From Eubacteriales bacterium (GTDB taxonomy: Bacteria > Bacillota > Clostridia > Oscillospirales > CAG-272), in NCBI GenBank assembly GCA_045645605.1, contig JAZRJC010000043.1:1-45992 (forward strand): a stretch of DNA of 45,992 bases. Direction: 5' to 3'. Positions 7,940 to 17,677 of this stretch are shown here, piece by piece. The position numbers and the translations under genes are program-made. Position 1 is the stretch's first letter, and every line of letters begins with the position of its first letter. Under the pieces are notes generated by a model. That model had not been told where the DNA came from. It was given only the letters and a program-made list of their open reading frames with translations, and ran no database searches.

Positions 7940-8956
7940 ATGATACGTTATCTTTTACCGAAGGAAGGCAATTTTTATAAGGCTAATCTTCACGTACACT
8001 CAAACATTTCGGACGGAGCGTGGACTCCCGCCGAGATAAAGCAGGAGTACAAGAAAAGAGGCTACAGCATAATTTCAATAACAGACCACGAGCTGCTTAT
8101 CCCCCACCCCGAGCTTTGCGACAGCGAATTTTTAGCAATTACGGGAGTTGAGGTGGCGCTTGGCAGCGGCCCTTATTCGTATGCACCCTCGGTGCACCTG
8201 AATCTTTTCGCAAAGGAGTCCGCAGTCGACATCTATCCAACCTTTAGTGAGCACCATATCTGGCTTCCTCATTCATTTCGGTACGTCACCGACAAAATGA
8301 GAAGGGTGGATTATATTTACAACGGCTACAATCAAGAAACCGTGAATAAAATTATTCGCCTCTCAAATGACGCCGGCTTTCTCGTTTGCTTAAACCACCC
8401 GCGCGGCTCACTTCAGTCCTTCAGGGATTACGGGGGCTTACGAGGCCTTTGGGGAGTTGAATGCTATAACACGAGCGCCGACGCCGCCGGTCTTTGCGAC
8501 ACTATTATACCGATTGAAGACCTTTTGCGAAGCGGCGAGAGGGTCTTGCCCGTCGCGGCAGACGACTCTCACGACCTCCGTCATATCGGCGGATATACGC
8601 AAATAAAGGCAAAATCGCTTGAATACGGCGACGTTATACGAGCTCTTCAGGCAGGCGACTTTTATTCAACAACCGGCCCCGAGATAAGCGAGCTTTATTT
8701 CGAGAACGGACGCGTGCATATCGAATGCTCGGGCGTAAAGAGTATTCTTCTCAATTCGGCACACCGATTTGCAAAAAGTCTGACGGCAGACGCCTCGCCT
8801 ATCCGCTCCGCCGATTTTGATATAAGCGAGCTTCAGGACTCGGCAAAGAAATATTCCGACACATACGGAAAGAGCGAATATTTCAGGCTGTCTCTTACCG
8901 ATTTCGACGGCAAGTGTGCATACACGAGAGCATATTTTATCGACGAGCTGAGATAA
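7940..8956 (+). CDS. PHP-domain metal-dependent phosphoesterase, 338 aa
   Basis: The N-terminal NLHVHSNISDG motif and the later ITDHE and DDSHD motifs are typical of the PHP (polymerase/histidinol phosphatase) fold. An AGAGG SD lies upstream. Confidence 0.8.
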   Translation: MIRYLLPKEGNFYKANLHVHSNISDGAWTPAEIKQEYKKRGYSIISITDHELLIPHPELCDSEFLAITGVEVALGSGPYSYAPSVHLNLFAKESAVDIYPTFSEHHIWLPHSFRYVTDKMRRVDYIYNGYNQETVNKIIRLSNDAGFLVCLNHPRGSLQSFRDYGGLRGLWGVECYNTSADAAGLCDTIIPIEDLLRSGERVLPVAADDSHDLRHIGGYTQIKAKSLEYGDVIRALQAGDFYSTTGPEISELYFENGRVHIECSGVKSILLNSAHRFAKSLTADASPIRSADFDISELQDSAKKYSDTYGKSEYFRLSLTDFDGKCAYTRAYFIDELR

Positions 8957-8990
8957 AAATCAAAAAAGATATATATTTTTCGAATATTGC

Positions 8991-9019
8991 TTGAAATATT
9001 TACAGAAATAGTATAAAAT
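8991..9019 (+). promoter_or_regulatory. Sigma-70-type promoter upstream of the Gfo/Idh/MocA gene
   Basis: -35 TTGAAA (8991-8996), a 17-nt spacer, then -10 TAAAAT (9014-9019). Confidence 0.45.
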
Positions 9020-9062
9020 ATAAATTAAGATAAGGTATATCCCCATCGAAAGGAAGTTAATT

Positions 9063-10232
9063 ATGGCAGACATCAATGCTTTTAAGAAAAATCAGGAGAC
9101 AAAGGTAATCGACACGACAAGAAAGCTCCGAATAGGCATCATCGGTACGGGCGGAATTGCAAACGCTCATATGAGAATTTACCTTGAACAGCCCGACGTT
9201 GAGGTCGTTGCAGGCTGCGACATTATTCCGGGAAAGGCAAAGGCTTTTTTTGAGGCCTACAATCTCGACGGTATAAAAACAGACTATAAGAACCACGAGG
9301 AAATGCTTGACGACGAGTCGCTCAAACTTGACGCGGTGTCTATCTGCACCTACAACAGCCAGCATACGAACTGCGCCCTTTACGCGCTCAAAAAGAAGAT
9401 CCACGTCCTTATTGAAAAGCCCTTCACCGTGACTCTTGACGAGGCGGTTGAAATCGTGCGCGCCGAGAAGGAATCAGGCTGTGTTATGACAGTCGGCTTC
9501 CAGCCAAGAGGCGACGAAAATATGAAGATGATAAAGAAGATCGTCGAGAGCGGCGAGCTTGGTCAGATATACTACATTCAAACGGGTGGCGGACGCCGCC
9601 GCGGTATTCCGGTTAACGGAGGCAAAACAAGCTTTGTCGAGAAGGATAAGGGTGCTTACGGTGCTCTTGGCGATATCGGCTGCTATTCTCTCGATATGGT
9701 GCTTAACGCCATCGGCTATCCGAAGCCTCTGACGGTTTCGGGATATCTCTCGGATTTCTTCGGCAAAGATCCAAACTATTGTACCTACGTAAAGGAAAAC
9801 ACCTCACATATAGCAAAGATGTTCGGCGTTGACGATTTCGCCGCCGCCTTCGTTCGTCTTGAGGGCGGAATCATACTTGACTTCCGCATCGCTTGGGCTA
9901 TGAATATCGACACCCCCGGCGACACGATCATTCTCGGAACAAAGGGCGGCTTACGTATCCCTTCAACTCCGCACTGGGGTGGCTCAGTCGGTGGTAACAT
10001 GACTGTTTATCACGAGGTTGCGGGCGAGCAGGTTGAAACGGTTATTCCGATTCTTGAAAACTCCGAAAACATCTGGACTACCAAGATCCGTTCCTTCCTT
10101 GAGGCTATAAAGAACGGAACTCCTTCCCCCGTTCCCTCACAGCAAATGCTCTATAATCAGGCAATCCTTGACGGAATCGCAAAATCTGCCGAGATCGGCC
10201 GCGAGGTTGAGATCGTTATTCCCGAAATATAA
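9063..10232 (+). CDS. Gfo/Idh/MocA family NAD(P)-dependent oxidoreductase, 389 aa
   Basis: The N-terminal Rossmann signature is LRIGIIGTGGIANAHMRIYLEQPDVEVVAGCDI, with EKP in LIEKPFT. This is the family-typical layout. Confidence 0.88.
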   Translation: MADINAFKKNQETKVIDTTRKLRIGIIGTGGIANAHMRIYLEQPDVEVVAGCDIIPGKAKAFFEAYNLDGIKTDYKNHEEMLDDESLKLDAVSICTYNSQHTNCALYALKKKIHVLIEKPFTVTLDEAVEIVRAEKESGCVMTVGFQPRGDENMKMIKKIVESGELGQIYYIQTGGGRRRGIPVNGGKTSFVEKDKGAYGALGDIGCYSLDMVLNAIGYPKPLTVSGYLSDFFGKDPNYCTYVKENTSHIAKMFGVDDFAAAFVRLEGGIILDFRIAWAMNIDTPGDTIILGTKGGLRIPSTPHWGGSVGGNMTVYHEVAGEQVETVIPILENSENIWTTKIRSFLEAIKNGTPSPVPSQQMLYNQAILDGIAKSAEIGREVEIVIPEI

Positions 10233-10248
10233 AATTTGTAAAGAAAAA

Positions 10249-10276
10249 GGGTGTTGCAACCGCAACAGCCTTCTTT
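10249..10276 (+). terminator. Weak hairpin terminator after the oxidoreductase gene
   Basis: Stem gttgc (10253-10257) pairs with gcaac (10262-10266) around loop aacc. The stem extends by three more pairs and is followed by ttctttatt. Confidence 0.4.
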
Positions 10277-10277
10277 A

Positions 10278-11057
10278 TTAGTTATATACTATAGTTTTTC
10301 CGTAGATTACGATGCTATTTACCTTGCCACTATCATCAAAGCGAAGATATGCCACGTTGTATTCTTCAACAGCATCAATATCAAGCTCGTTGACGGTAGT
10401 TTCAGTCTCACCGTTCTCTATGTACGTGTAAACCTCTACAACCTTTACGTCCTCACTTACTCCAACAGTGTAAAGCTTATCCGCAAAGCTTTCCTTTGCG
10501 TCTGCGTCATAATTGTAAGGGGCTAACAAAAGGGTGTTGTCCTCCTCTACGCAGCTCAAAATCGTTACACAAATATCATTTCTGGGGTTAATAAACTGCT
10601 TTTCATAATCGGTAAAGTCCTCATCGGCAGCTGTGTTGGCATTTTTGAAGGTCATTACCATATCTAAAAAGCTGACACATAAATAATATTCGTCGCAAAA
10701 GATAAGCTCGATATCAAGAAATTCGTTCTCGTCGTAGCTTGCGTAAGCTCTGATGATTCCGCTTCCCTTTTGGTGATAAAAGCTATCGTACAAATCAAAG
10801 TCCATAAAAGGCTCTCCGCAATCACAATGCATTGAGAAGCGTCCGTTCTCTCTGAAGTTGATGCGTATGTTTTCGCCTATAACCTCGTCAAAATGCTCCC
10901 ATTTCGCGTAAACCAGACAGTCAAAATCTGTCCCTATTGCCGCTTCAACCGACGACTCAAGAGCCTCCGTCTCATCAGAATCGGGCGTTGATGCGCCGCA
11001 AGAGAAGAGCGAGAGGGTAAGTGCAAGGATAAGCATTGATAAAATAAATCTTTTCAT
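10278..11057 (-). CDS. Predicted lipoprotein, function unknown, 259 aa
   Basis: The N-terminus MKRFILSMLILALTLSLFSCGAS is a signal peptide plus lipobox (LFSC). An AGGAGG SD lies 6 nt upstream. I recognise no family motif. Confidence 0.75.
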   Translation of the reverse strand: MKRFILSMLILALTLSLFSCGASTPDSDETEALESSVEAAIGTDFDCLVYAKWEHFDEVIGENIRINFRENGRFSMHCDCGEPFMDFDLYDSFYHQKGSGIIRAYASYDENEFLDIELIFCDEYYLCVSFLDMVMTFKNANTAADEDFTDYEKQFINPRNDICVTILSCVEEDNTLLLAPYNYDADAKESFADKLYTVGVSEDVKVVEVYTYIENGETETTVNELDIDAVEEYNVAYLRFDDSGKVNSIVIYGKTIVYN

Positions 11058-11084
11058 ATTAAACCTCCTTTAATAAGCAGTTAT

Positions 11085-11116
11085 GAAAAAGGGCTGTATC
11101 AAAAGGTACAGCCCTT
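11085..11116 (-). terminator. Rho-independent terminator after serA
   Basis: On the minus strand the stem is gggctgta/tacagccc (11091-11098 and 11107-11114), followed by TTTTTC. A/T tracts on both sides would allow bidirectional function. Confidence 0.55.
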
Positions 11117-11126
11117 AAAAACAAAC

Positions 11127-12293
11127 TTAACCGATTACGCGAACCTTGATCATGCCGTCAATAGCATTGAGCTTCGCGATCGTGTCCTCTGCGAAATCGC
11201 CGGTTGTTTCAACAAGAGTATAAGCGTTGTTGCCCTTTGAACGATTTACGAGATTTTCGATATTAAGTCCCTGCTCGGAAACAACGCCCGAGATCTGTGT
11301 AAGGACTGTGGGTATATTCTTATGCATAGCGCAAAGACGCTTTGTTCCGGGAACGAACGGAACGATTACGTTCGGGAAGTTTACGCTGTTCTTGATGTTT
11401 CCGTACTTTATAAAGTCGTCAAGCTGACGCGCTGCCATTACTGCGCAGTTGTCCTCAGACTCCTCTGTTGATGCACCAAGGTGAGGAATTGCGACAATCT
11501 TATCCTCGCCAATAACCTCAGGTGTGGGGAAGTCGGTTACGTATGCGGAAACCTTGCCTGCGGCAATAGCTTCCTTCAAGTCTGCCGCGTTTACGAGGTC
11601 TGCACGTGAAAGATTGATAATCTTAACGCCGTCCTTCATAAGAGCGAGAGATTCCTTGTTTATCATATTCTTCGTTTCAGCAGTTGCAGGAACGTGAAGA
11701 GTGATATAGTCCGCTGTCTTATATACCTCCTCAAAGGTTGCAACCTTTGATACATGACGTGAAATGTTCCAAGCCGCCTCAACTGTGAGGTAAGGGTCGC
11801 AGCCGACAACCTTCATTCCGAGGTGGGTTGCTGTGTTTGCAACCATACCGCCGATAGCGCCAAGACCAATTACGCCAAGAGTCTTGCCTGCAATCTCGCC
11901 GCCAGCGAACTTGGATTTGCCCTTCTCAACTGTCTTTGCAGCATCGGGATCGTCTGCCAATGTCTTTGCCCAGTCGATTCCGCCGACAATATTTCTTGCC
12001 GCCAAAAGGATAGCCGCAACGGCAAGCTCCTTAACGCCGTTAGCGTTAGCACCGGGTGTGTTGAAAACAACGATACCCTCATCTGAGCAACGGTCGATCG
12101 GAATATTGTTTACGCCTGCACCGCAGCGCGCGATTGCCTGAAGACTTTCTCCAAACTGCATATCGTGCATAGCCGCCGAGCGAACCATAATTGCGTCGGG
12201 ATTTGCAACGTCCTCGCCAACGTTATATTCTGCGCGGTCGAAAATGTCTGTTCCGACCTTCGCGATCTTATTCAAAAGCTGAATGTTTTTCAT
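11127..12293 (-). CDS. serA: D-3-phosphoglycerate dehydrogenase, 388 aa
   Basis: The 2-hydroxyacid dehydrogenase NAD site is GKTLGVIGLGAIGGMVA. The catalytic region is PHLGASTEES, and there is a C-terminal ACT-like segment. It sits immediately downstream of serC. Confidence 0.88.
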   Translation of the reverse strand: MKNIQLLNKIAKVGTDIFDRAEYNVGEDVANPDAIMVRSAAMHDMQFGESLQAIARCGAGVNNIPIDRCSDEGIVVFNTPGANANGVKELAVAAILLAARNIVGGIDWAKTLADDPDAAKTVEKGKSKFAGGEIAGKTLGVIGLGAIGGMVANTATHLGMKVVGCDPYLTVEAAWNISRHVSKVATFEEVYKTADYITLHVPATAETKNMINKESLALMKDGVKIINLSRADLVNAADLKEAIAAGKVSAYVTDFPTPEVIGEDKIVAIPHLGASTEESEDNCAVMAARQLDDFIKYGNIKNSVNFPNVIVPFVPGTKRLCAMHKNIPTVLTQISGVVSEQGLNIENLVNRSKGNNAYTLVETTGDFAEDTIAKLNAIDGMIKVRVIG

Positions 12294-12343
12294 CGTATTT
12301 TCCCTCTGTTATATAAATTTTTATATAGCGATTGAGCACGCTA

Positions 12344-13435
12344 TTAGTTTTTGGGGTTGCTCGCCGCAAAATTCTTCATGAATTCAACGAGCGCAACAAC
12401 TCCGTCGTACGGCATAGCGTTATAGATAGAAGCTCTCATTCCGCCAACAGAACGGTGGCCCTTGAGGTTCTTGAGGCCTGCCTTGCCCGCCTCTGACGCA
12501 AACTTCTTATCAAGGTCAGCGTCACCTGTAACAAAGGTTACGTTCATCATAGAACGGCTGCTCTTCTTAACGGGTGCTGTGTAGTAGTCCTGAGAATCGA
12601 GATAATCGTAAAGGTAGTTAGCCTTCTTCTCGTTCATCTTCTTCATCTCGTCAAGACCGCCAAGACCCAAAATCCACTCGTAAACGAGCTTTGCCATATA
12701 AATTGCATAGCAGGGAGGAGTGTTATACATAGAGCCGTTTTCTGCCATTGTCTTCCATTCGAGCATCGTGGGCATTTTCTCGTCTGCAAAGTCGAGAAGG
12801 TCCTCACGAACGATAACGAGCGTAAGTCCTGCGGGAGCCATATTCTTCTGCGCGCCTGCGTAGATTACGCCAAACTTTGAAACGTCAACAGGCTCGGAAA
12901 TGATGCAGGATGACATATCCGCAACGAGCGGAATATCGCCTGTGTCGGGAATATAGTTATATTTTGTACCGTAAATTGTGTTATTGAAGCAGATGTGAAC
13001 ATAGGAAGCGTCGGGACGGAACATATCGCGAGTTACCTCGGGAATGTGGTCGAAGTTATCCTCCTTTGTTGTTGCAACGCACTTTACGTCATAGCCCATT
13101 TTCTGTGCTTCCTTATATGCCTTGCCGGAGAACTGACCTGAAACGATATAGTCTGCCTTGCCTGTTCTGCCGATAAGGTTAAGCGGAACTGCTGCAAACT
13201 GTGTTGAAGCGCCGCCCTGAAGGAAAAGAACCTTATAATTATCGGGAATGTTCATAAGCTTGCGGAGCATAGCCTCGGCATCGGCAATAATTGCCTCATA
13301 GTCGGGAGATCGGTGGCTCATTTCCATAACTGACATACCTGACTCGCCGTAACAAATAAGCTCTGACGCCGCTTTTTCGAGAACGGGAAGAGGAAGCATA
13401 GAAGGGCCTGCCGAGAAATTGAATACTCTATTCAT
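12344..13435 (-). CDS. serC: 3-phosphoserine aminotransferase, 363 aa
   Basis: The N-terminus is MNRVFNFSAGPSMLPLPVLE. The PLP-lysine region is YAGAQKNMAPAGLT, and RSxMNV appears as SRSMMNVTF. A GGAGG SD is present. Confidence 0.93.
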   Translation of the reverse strand: MNRVFNFSAGPSMLPLPVLEKAASELICYGESGMSVMEMSHRSPDYEAIIADAEAMLRKLMNIPDNYKVLFLQGGASTQFAAVPLNLIGRTGKADYIVSGQFSGKAYKEAQKMGYDVKCVATTKEDNFDHIPEVTRDMFRPDASYVHICFNNTIYGTKYNYIPDTGDIPLVADMSSCIISEPVDVSKFGVIYAGAQKNMAPAGLTLVIVREDLLDFADEKMPTMLEWKTMAENGSMYNTPPCYAIYMAKLVYEWILGLGGLDEMKKMNEKKANYLYDYLDSQDYYTAPVKKSSRSMMNVTFVTGDADLDKKFASEAGKAGLKNLKGHRSVGGMRASIYNAMPYDGVVALVEFMKNFAASNPKN

Positions 13436-13515
13436 AATTTTACCTCCAAAGCCGTATAGGCTGAAAAATTTGATGATAACTTACATATTATAAATAAGAA
13501 ATCAAGTTTGTCTTT

Positions 13516-13544
13516 ATTTTACACCAACTTGATAAATATGTCAA
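13516..13544 (-). promoter_or_regulatory. Sigma-70-type promoter for serC-serA
   Basis: On the minus strand: -35 TTGACA (13544-13539), a 17-nt spacer, then -10 TAAAAT (13521-13516). Confidence 0.5.
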
Positions 13545-13620
13545 TAGTTCTGTATACATTTCTCCGAAAAAAACAAAAAATGTGATAAATTCGAAGGGAT
13601 TGTAAGCAAAGTAACGGATA

Positions 13621-13656
13621 AACAAAAAAAGCCACTCGCGAGAGTGGCTTTTTTTA
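13621..13656 (-). terminator. Rho-independent terminator after tpiA
   Basis: Stem gccactc (13631-13637) pairs with gagtggc (13642-13648). A7 and T7 tracts flank it, and on the minus strand it is followed by TTTTTTTGTT. Confidence 0.7.
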
Positions 13657-13658
13657 TA

Positions 13659-14417
13659 TTACTGTGCAGCGTCAACGATCGCTGTAAACTTTGAAGCAAC
13701 AAGAGAAGCTCCGCCGATAAGTCCGCCGTCAACGTTCTCCTTTGCGAGAAGCTCGCGGGCATTGGCGTCGTTCATTGATCCACCGTACTGAATGATGATC
13801 TCATCAGCTGCCGCGCGTCCGTAAAGCTCGGCAATAGTTTCACGGATAACTCCGCAGGTTTCGTCTGCCTGCTCGGGAGTTGCCGTAAGACCCGTTCCGA
13901 TCGCCCATACAGGCTCGTATGCGATGATTACGTTCTTCAGCTCTTCAGCCGTAACGTCCTTCAAGTCAAGCTTTGTCTGCATAGCAACGACCTCGTTTGT
14001 GATACCCGAGAGTCTCTGTTCCTTAACCTCGCCGAGACAGAGAATAACCTTCATGCCTGCCGCAAGAGCAGCCTTTGTGCGAAGATTAACAGTTTCGTCT
14101 GTTTCGCCAAAATACTGACGGCGCTCGCTATGACCGATAATTACGTACTCAACGCCCATTGACGTGAGCATTTTTGCGGAAACCTCGCCCGTATAAGCGC
14201 CCTTTTCCTCAAAATGCACGTTCTCGGCACCAATCTTGATGTTTGAGCCTTCAGCCGCCTTCATCGCGGGATAAATGTCAACGTAGGGTGCGCAGAAAAT
14301 GATATCGCAGTTGTCTTTTCCTGCAACCATAGGCTTAATTTCATTGATAAAGGCTTCAGCCTCTGCAGGTGTGAAGTTCATCTTCCAGTTACCTGCAATT
14401 ACAAAACGTCTACTCAT
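13659..14417 (-). CDS. tpiA: Triose-phosphate isomerase, 252 aa
   Basis: The sequence contains MSRRFVIAGNWKMN, IIGHSERR and AYEPVWAIGTG, all canonical TIM motifs. Confidence 0.95.
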   Translation of the reverse strand: MSRRFVIAGNWKMNFTPAEAEAFINEIKPMVAGKDNCDIIFCAPYVDIYPAMKAAEGSNIKIGAENVHFEEKGAYTGEVSAKMLTSMGVEYVIIGHSERRQYFGETDETVNLRTKAALAAGMKVILCLGEVKEQRLSGITNEVVAMQTKLDLKDVTAEELKNVIIAYEPVWAIGTGLTATPEQADETCGVIRETIAELYGRAAADEIIIQYGGSMNDANARELLAKENVDGGLIGGASLVASKFTAIVDAAQ

Positions 14418-14471
14418 TTTTGTTTCCTCTTTTAATTCTTTTTAATTGAAAATGTCAGGGTACTGTCCCGA

Positions 14472-15779
14472 TTATTTATCCATAAGGCAGCTGATACCGG
14501 GAAGGTCCTTGCCCTCGAGGAATTCAAGTGAAGCGCCGCCGCCTGTTGAGATGTGAGTGATTCTGTCTGCAAAGCCGAGCTGCTCGCAAGCCGCCGCAGA
14601 GTCACCACCACCAACGATAGAGATGCAATCCGAATCAGCAAGAGCACTTGCTACCGCCATTGTTCCCTTTGCAAGAGTGGGGTTCTCAAATACGCCCATC
14701 GGGCCGTTCCAGATAACTGTCTTTGCTGTCTTTACAGCGTCGGCATAAAGCTTAATAGTCTCTGTTCCGATGTCAAGTCCTTCCATATCTGCAGGAATTT
14801 CATTTGAAGGAACTACCTTCACGTCAATAGGAGCGTCGATAGGATCGGGGAAGCTTTCAACAACCGTTGTGTCAACGGGGAGAAGGAGCTTAACGCCCTT
14901 CTTTTCAGCCAAAGCCATCATATCACGGCAGTAATCAACCTTTTCAGAATCGAAGAGGGACTTACCGATGCCGTAGCCCTTAGCCGCGAGGAAGGTATAA
15001 GCCATACCGCCACCGATGATAAGTGTATCAACCTTTTCGAGAAGGTTGTTGATAACGTTGAGCTTATCAGAAACCTTCGCACCGCCGAGAATTGCAACGA
15101 AGGGACGCTCGGGAGCCTCAAGAGCCTTACCCATAACGCCGATTTCCTTCTGAATGAGGTAACCGCAAACTGCAGGAAGATAATCAGCAACGCCTGCTGT
15201 TGACGCGTGAGCTCTGTGAGCCGCACCGAAAGCGTCGTTTACGAAAATGTCTGCCATTGACGCAAGCTCTTTTGCAAGGTCTGCGCCGTTCTTTTCTTCT
15301 CTTGCGTCGAAGCGAGTGTTTTCAATGAGAACTGCCTCGCCGGGCTTGAGAGCTGCAACCTTTGCCTTAGCGTCGGGGCCGATAATGTCCTCAGCAAAAG
15401 TTACCTTATCGCCAAGAAGCTCGTTAAGTCTGTCTGCAACGGGCTTGAGAGTAAGCTTCTTCTTGTCGCCCATAGCCTTTTCGAGATATGCTGCTGTTGC
15501 TGCTGCCTGCTCTGCCTCGGGAAGAGCTGCAACTGCCTTCTTTTCCTTCTTTGTAAGACCGAAGCCCTCTGTGAAGATATTATGAGGCTTGCCCATGTGT
15601 GAGCAAAGAATAACCTTTGCGCCATTTTCAAGAAGATACTTGATTGTGGGGAGAGCACCGATAATTCTCTTGTCACTTGTGATCTTGCCGTCCTTCATAG
15701 GAACGTTAAAGTCGCAACGAACAAGGCAGGTTTTGCCGGCAACGGCAATGTCTTCAATGTTTTTCTTGTTGTAAGTCAT
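14472..15779 (-). CDS. pgk: Phosphoglycerate kinase, 435 aa (about 40 aa longer than typical)
   Basis: The sequence contains [21 protein letters not shown] and GGGDSAA. An Ala/Lys/Glu-rich insertion follows SHMGKP (residues about 66-108). Confidence 0.93.
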   Translation of the reverse strand: MTYNKKNIEDIAVAGKTCLVRCDFNVPMKDGKITSDKRIIGALPTIKYLLENGAKVILCSHMGKPHNIFTEGFGLTKKEKKAVAALPEAEQAAATAAYLEKAMGDKKKLTLKPVADRLNELLGDKVTFAEDIIGPDAKAKVAALKPGEAVLIENTRFDAREEKNGADLAKELASMADIFVNDAFGAAHRAHASTAGVADYLPAVCGYLIQKEIGVMGKALEAPERPFVAILGGAKVSDKLNVINNLLEKVDTLIIGGGMAYTFLAAKGYGIGKSLFDSEKVDYCRDMMALAEKKGVKLLLPVDTTVVESFPDPIDAPIDVKVVPSNEIPADMEGLDIGTETIKLYADAVKTAKTVIWNGPMGVFENPTLAKGTMAVASALADSDCISIVGGGDSAAACEQLGFADRITHISTGGGASLEFLEGKDLPGISCLMDK

Positions 15780-15947
15780 TTTTGAGATTTCCTTTCTTTT
15801 ATATCAAATTAAAATTTACTGAATATTATTTTACCACAAATGCAGAAATTTTACAACAGTTTATTGTTAATTTTTTAGCAAGAATGAAAAAATCGTCAAT
15901 CTTTCATAAAAACTCAGCCGAAATTCTTCATTCTTCGCATAACCCTG

Positions 15948-17582
15948 TCAGCCTGCGGCGTTAGTTTTTGCAACCTTTTCCTTCGCCGCCTCGTGCTCTG
16001 CATTCGTGCGGGAGAAATAAGTGTTTCCATAGTTATCCGAAACAAAATAATAATATTTTGTGGAAGCAGGCCAGAGAGCACAGGTTATCGCCTCATAACC
16101 GGGGTTTGCAATAGGCCCGGGAGGGAGTCCCTCATAAATATATGAGTTGTAGGGTGTATCGTATTTAAGATCCTCGCCCGTAAGCTCCTTCTTACGCTCG
16201 CCGTCACGCACCTGAATGGCGTACATAATAGTTGCGTCGCTCTCCATTCTCGGAAATCTTGAATCGTTCAGTCTGTTGTGGAAAACCGAGGATACCATCT
16301 CGTAGTCCTGCGAATATCTCGCTTCCTTTTCTATCATCGAAGCAAGCGTTATAATTTCGTCAACAGAATATCCAAGCTCGGTTGCCTTCTCGTAGAAGGC
16401 TTCCTCGTAAATTACGTTAAAGCGACTCAGAAGCTTATAAATTACCGTCTCCTCGTTACTGCGCAGATAGAAATCGTACGTGTCGGGATAGAGATAACCC
16501 TCAAGGCGATAGGTTCTGCCGTCAAGCTCCTGCATATCGAGAGCCTTCACGAAGGGGAAATCAAAATCATAGGTGTTGATGACCTCGATAAATCTCTCTC
16601 TCGTTCCGATTCCCTTCTCAACGAAGAGGTTTATGATCTCGTCAACGGTATAGCCCTCGGGAATCGTAATTCTGACGGACTCGTTCGTTTTCGTCTTGAC
16701 AAAGGCTAAAAACAGCTCGTCGTAATTCATCATTCCGTTGACTACATACGTTCCCGCAACGAATTTATAGGTTTTGTCTATTTCCTTTATCTTTGCGTAA
16801 ATATTTAAGAGAGATGGGTATTTGACAACCCCCGCCTCGCCCAGAATCTCGGATATTTCTCCGACGGTTGCATATTCGGGGATCACTACCTCAACCGCCT
16901 CGTCGCTCTTGATAAAGGCATACATATCGTTTGCAAAAACCACGATGTAATAAGCAAGAATTCCCGCGACGGCGAAAACGGCAACGATATAGACGATAGC
17001 CTTTATAAAGGCGGGGATGCTTCTCTTTCCGTCCGGCATCTCGTCGTCATACCGACTTTCCGCCAATTTCCGTCTGTCTATCGTTCTCGTGTCCTCGCTC
17101 TTTGACGAACGGGCGCTCACTGCCTTTCTTCTCGGCACGGGAGCAGCTGCCGCAGGCTTTCCGTAAAGGCCTCTGTTAGGCACGGCTTTGGGCGTCGGAG
17201 CTGCATTTTGTGCCGTCGTTGCCTTCGGCGTCAAACGGGCAGACGGAGTCTGCTGCGGCGCGGCCGACGGTCTTCTCTGATTTCCGCCCGACGCTTGGTT
17301 CTGAACCGAAGAGACGGGGGCTTTTGCGCTTGCCTGCGGCCTTTGTGCTACACCTTTGGCATTTGTCGGCGATGAATAGCCCTGTGACACGTTGCCTGTC
17401 GGAACGGGTCTCGGTCTTTTTATCTGTCCGCCAAGCTGTTGATTATAATTTTGCGCCGTTTGGTTTTGCGGCATCGGTCTTCCGACGGGCGGCGTCTGAC
17501 GAGACGGCTGTACTCTGCCGTCACTCTGTGTGCCGTTTTGTCCCATCGGGGTAGATTGGCGATTGTAATTTTCATTGTTCAT
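15948..17582 (-). CDS. mltG: Endolytic murein transglycosylase MltG (YceG-like) with a long P/Q/A-rich N-terminal extension, 544 aa
   Basis: Taken from ORF 15948..17600. I start it at ATG 17582 (AAGGAG SD 6 nt upstream). It has one TM helix (AIVYIVAVFAVAGILAYYIVVFA) and the YceG signature YNSYIYEGLPPGPIANPG near the C-terminus. Confidence 0.88.
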   Translation of the reverse strand: MNNENYNRQSTPMGQNGTQSDGRVQPSRQTPPVGRPMPQNQTAQNYNQQLGGQIKRPRPVPTGNVSQGYSSPTNAKGVAQRPQASAKAPVSSVQNQASGGNQRRPSAAPQQTPSARLTPKATTAQNAAPTPKAVPNRGLYGKPAAAAPVPRRKAVSARSSKSEDTRTIDRRKLAESRYDDEMPDGKRSIPAFIKAIVYIVAVFAVAGILAYYIVVFANDMYAFIKSDEAVEVVIPEYATVGEISEILGEAGVVKYPSLLNIYAKIKEIDKTYKFVAGTYVVNGMMNYDELFLAFVKTKTNESVRITIPEGYTVDEIINLFVEKGIGTRERFIEVINTYDFDFPFVKALDMQELDGRTYRLEGYLYPDTYDFYLRSNEETVIYKLLSRFNVIYEEAFYEKATELGYSVDEIITLASMIEKEARYSQDYEMVSSVFHNRLNDSRFPRMESDATIMYAIQVRDGERKKELTGEDLKYDTPYNSYIYEGLPPGPIANPGYEAITCALWPASTKYYYFVSDNYGNTYFSRTNAEHEAAKEKVAKTNAAG

Positions 17583-17677
17583 ATAAACTCCTTGCCGCAT
17601 ATTCGTCGATAGCCAAGCTCGGCTACCGCACGCGACGGCTCAAAAGAATTTGATGTATCCCTCAAAAACGGATAACG

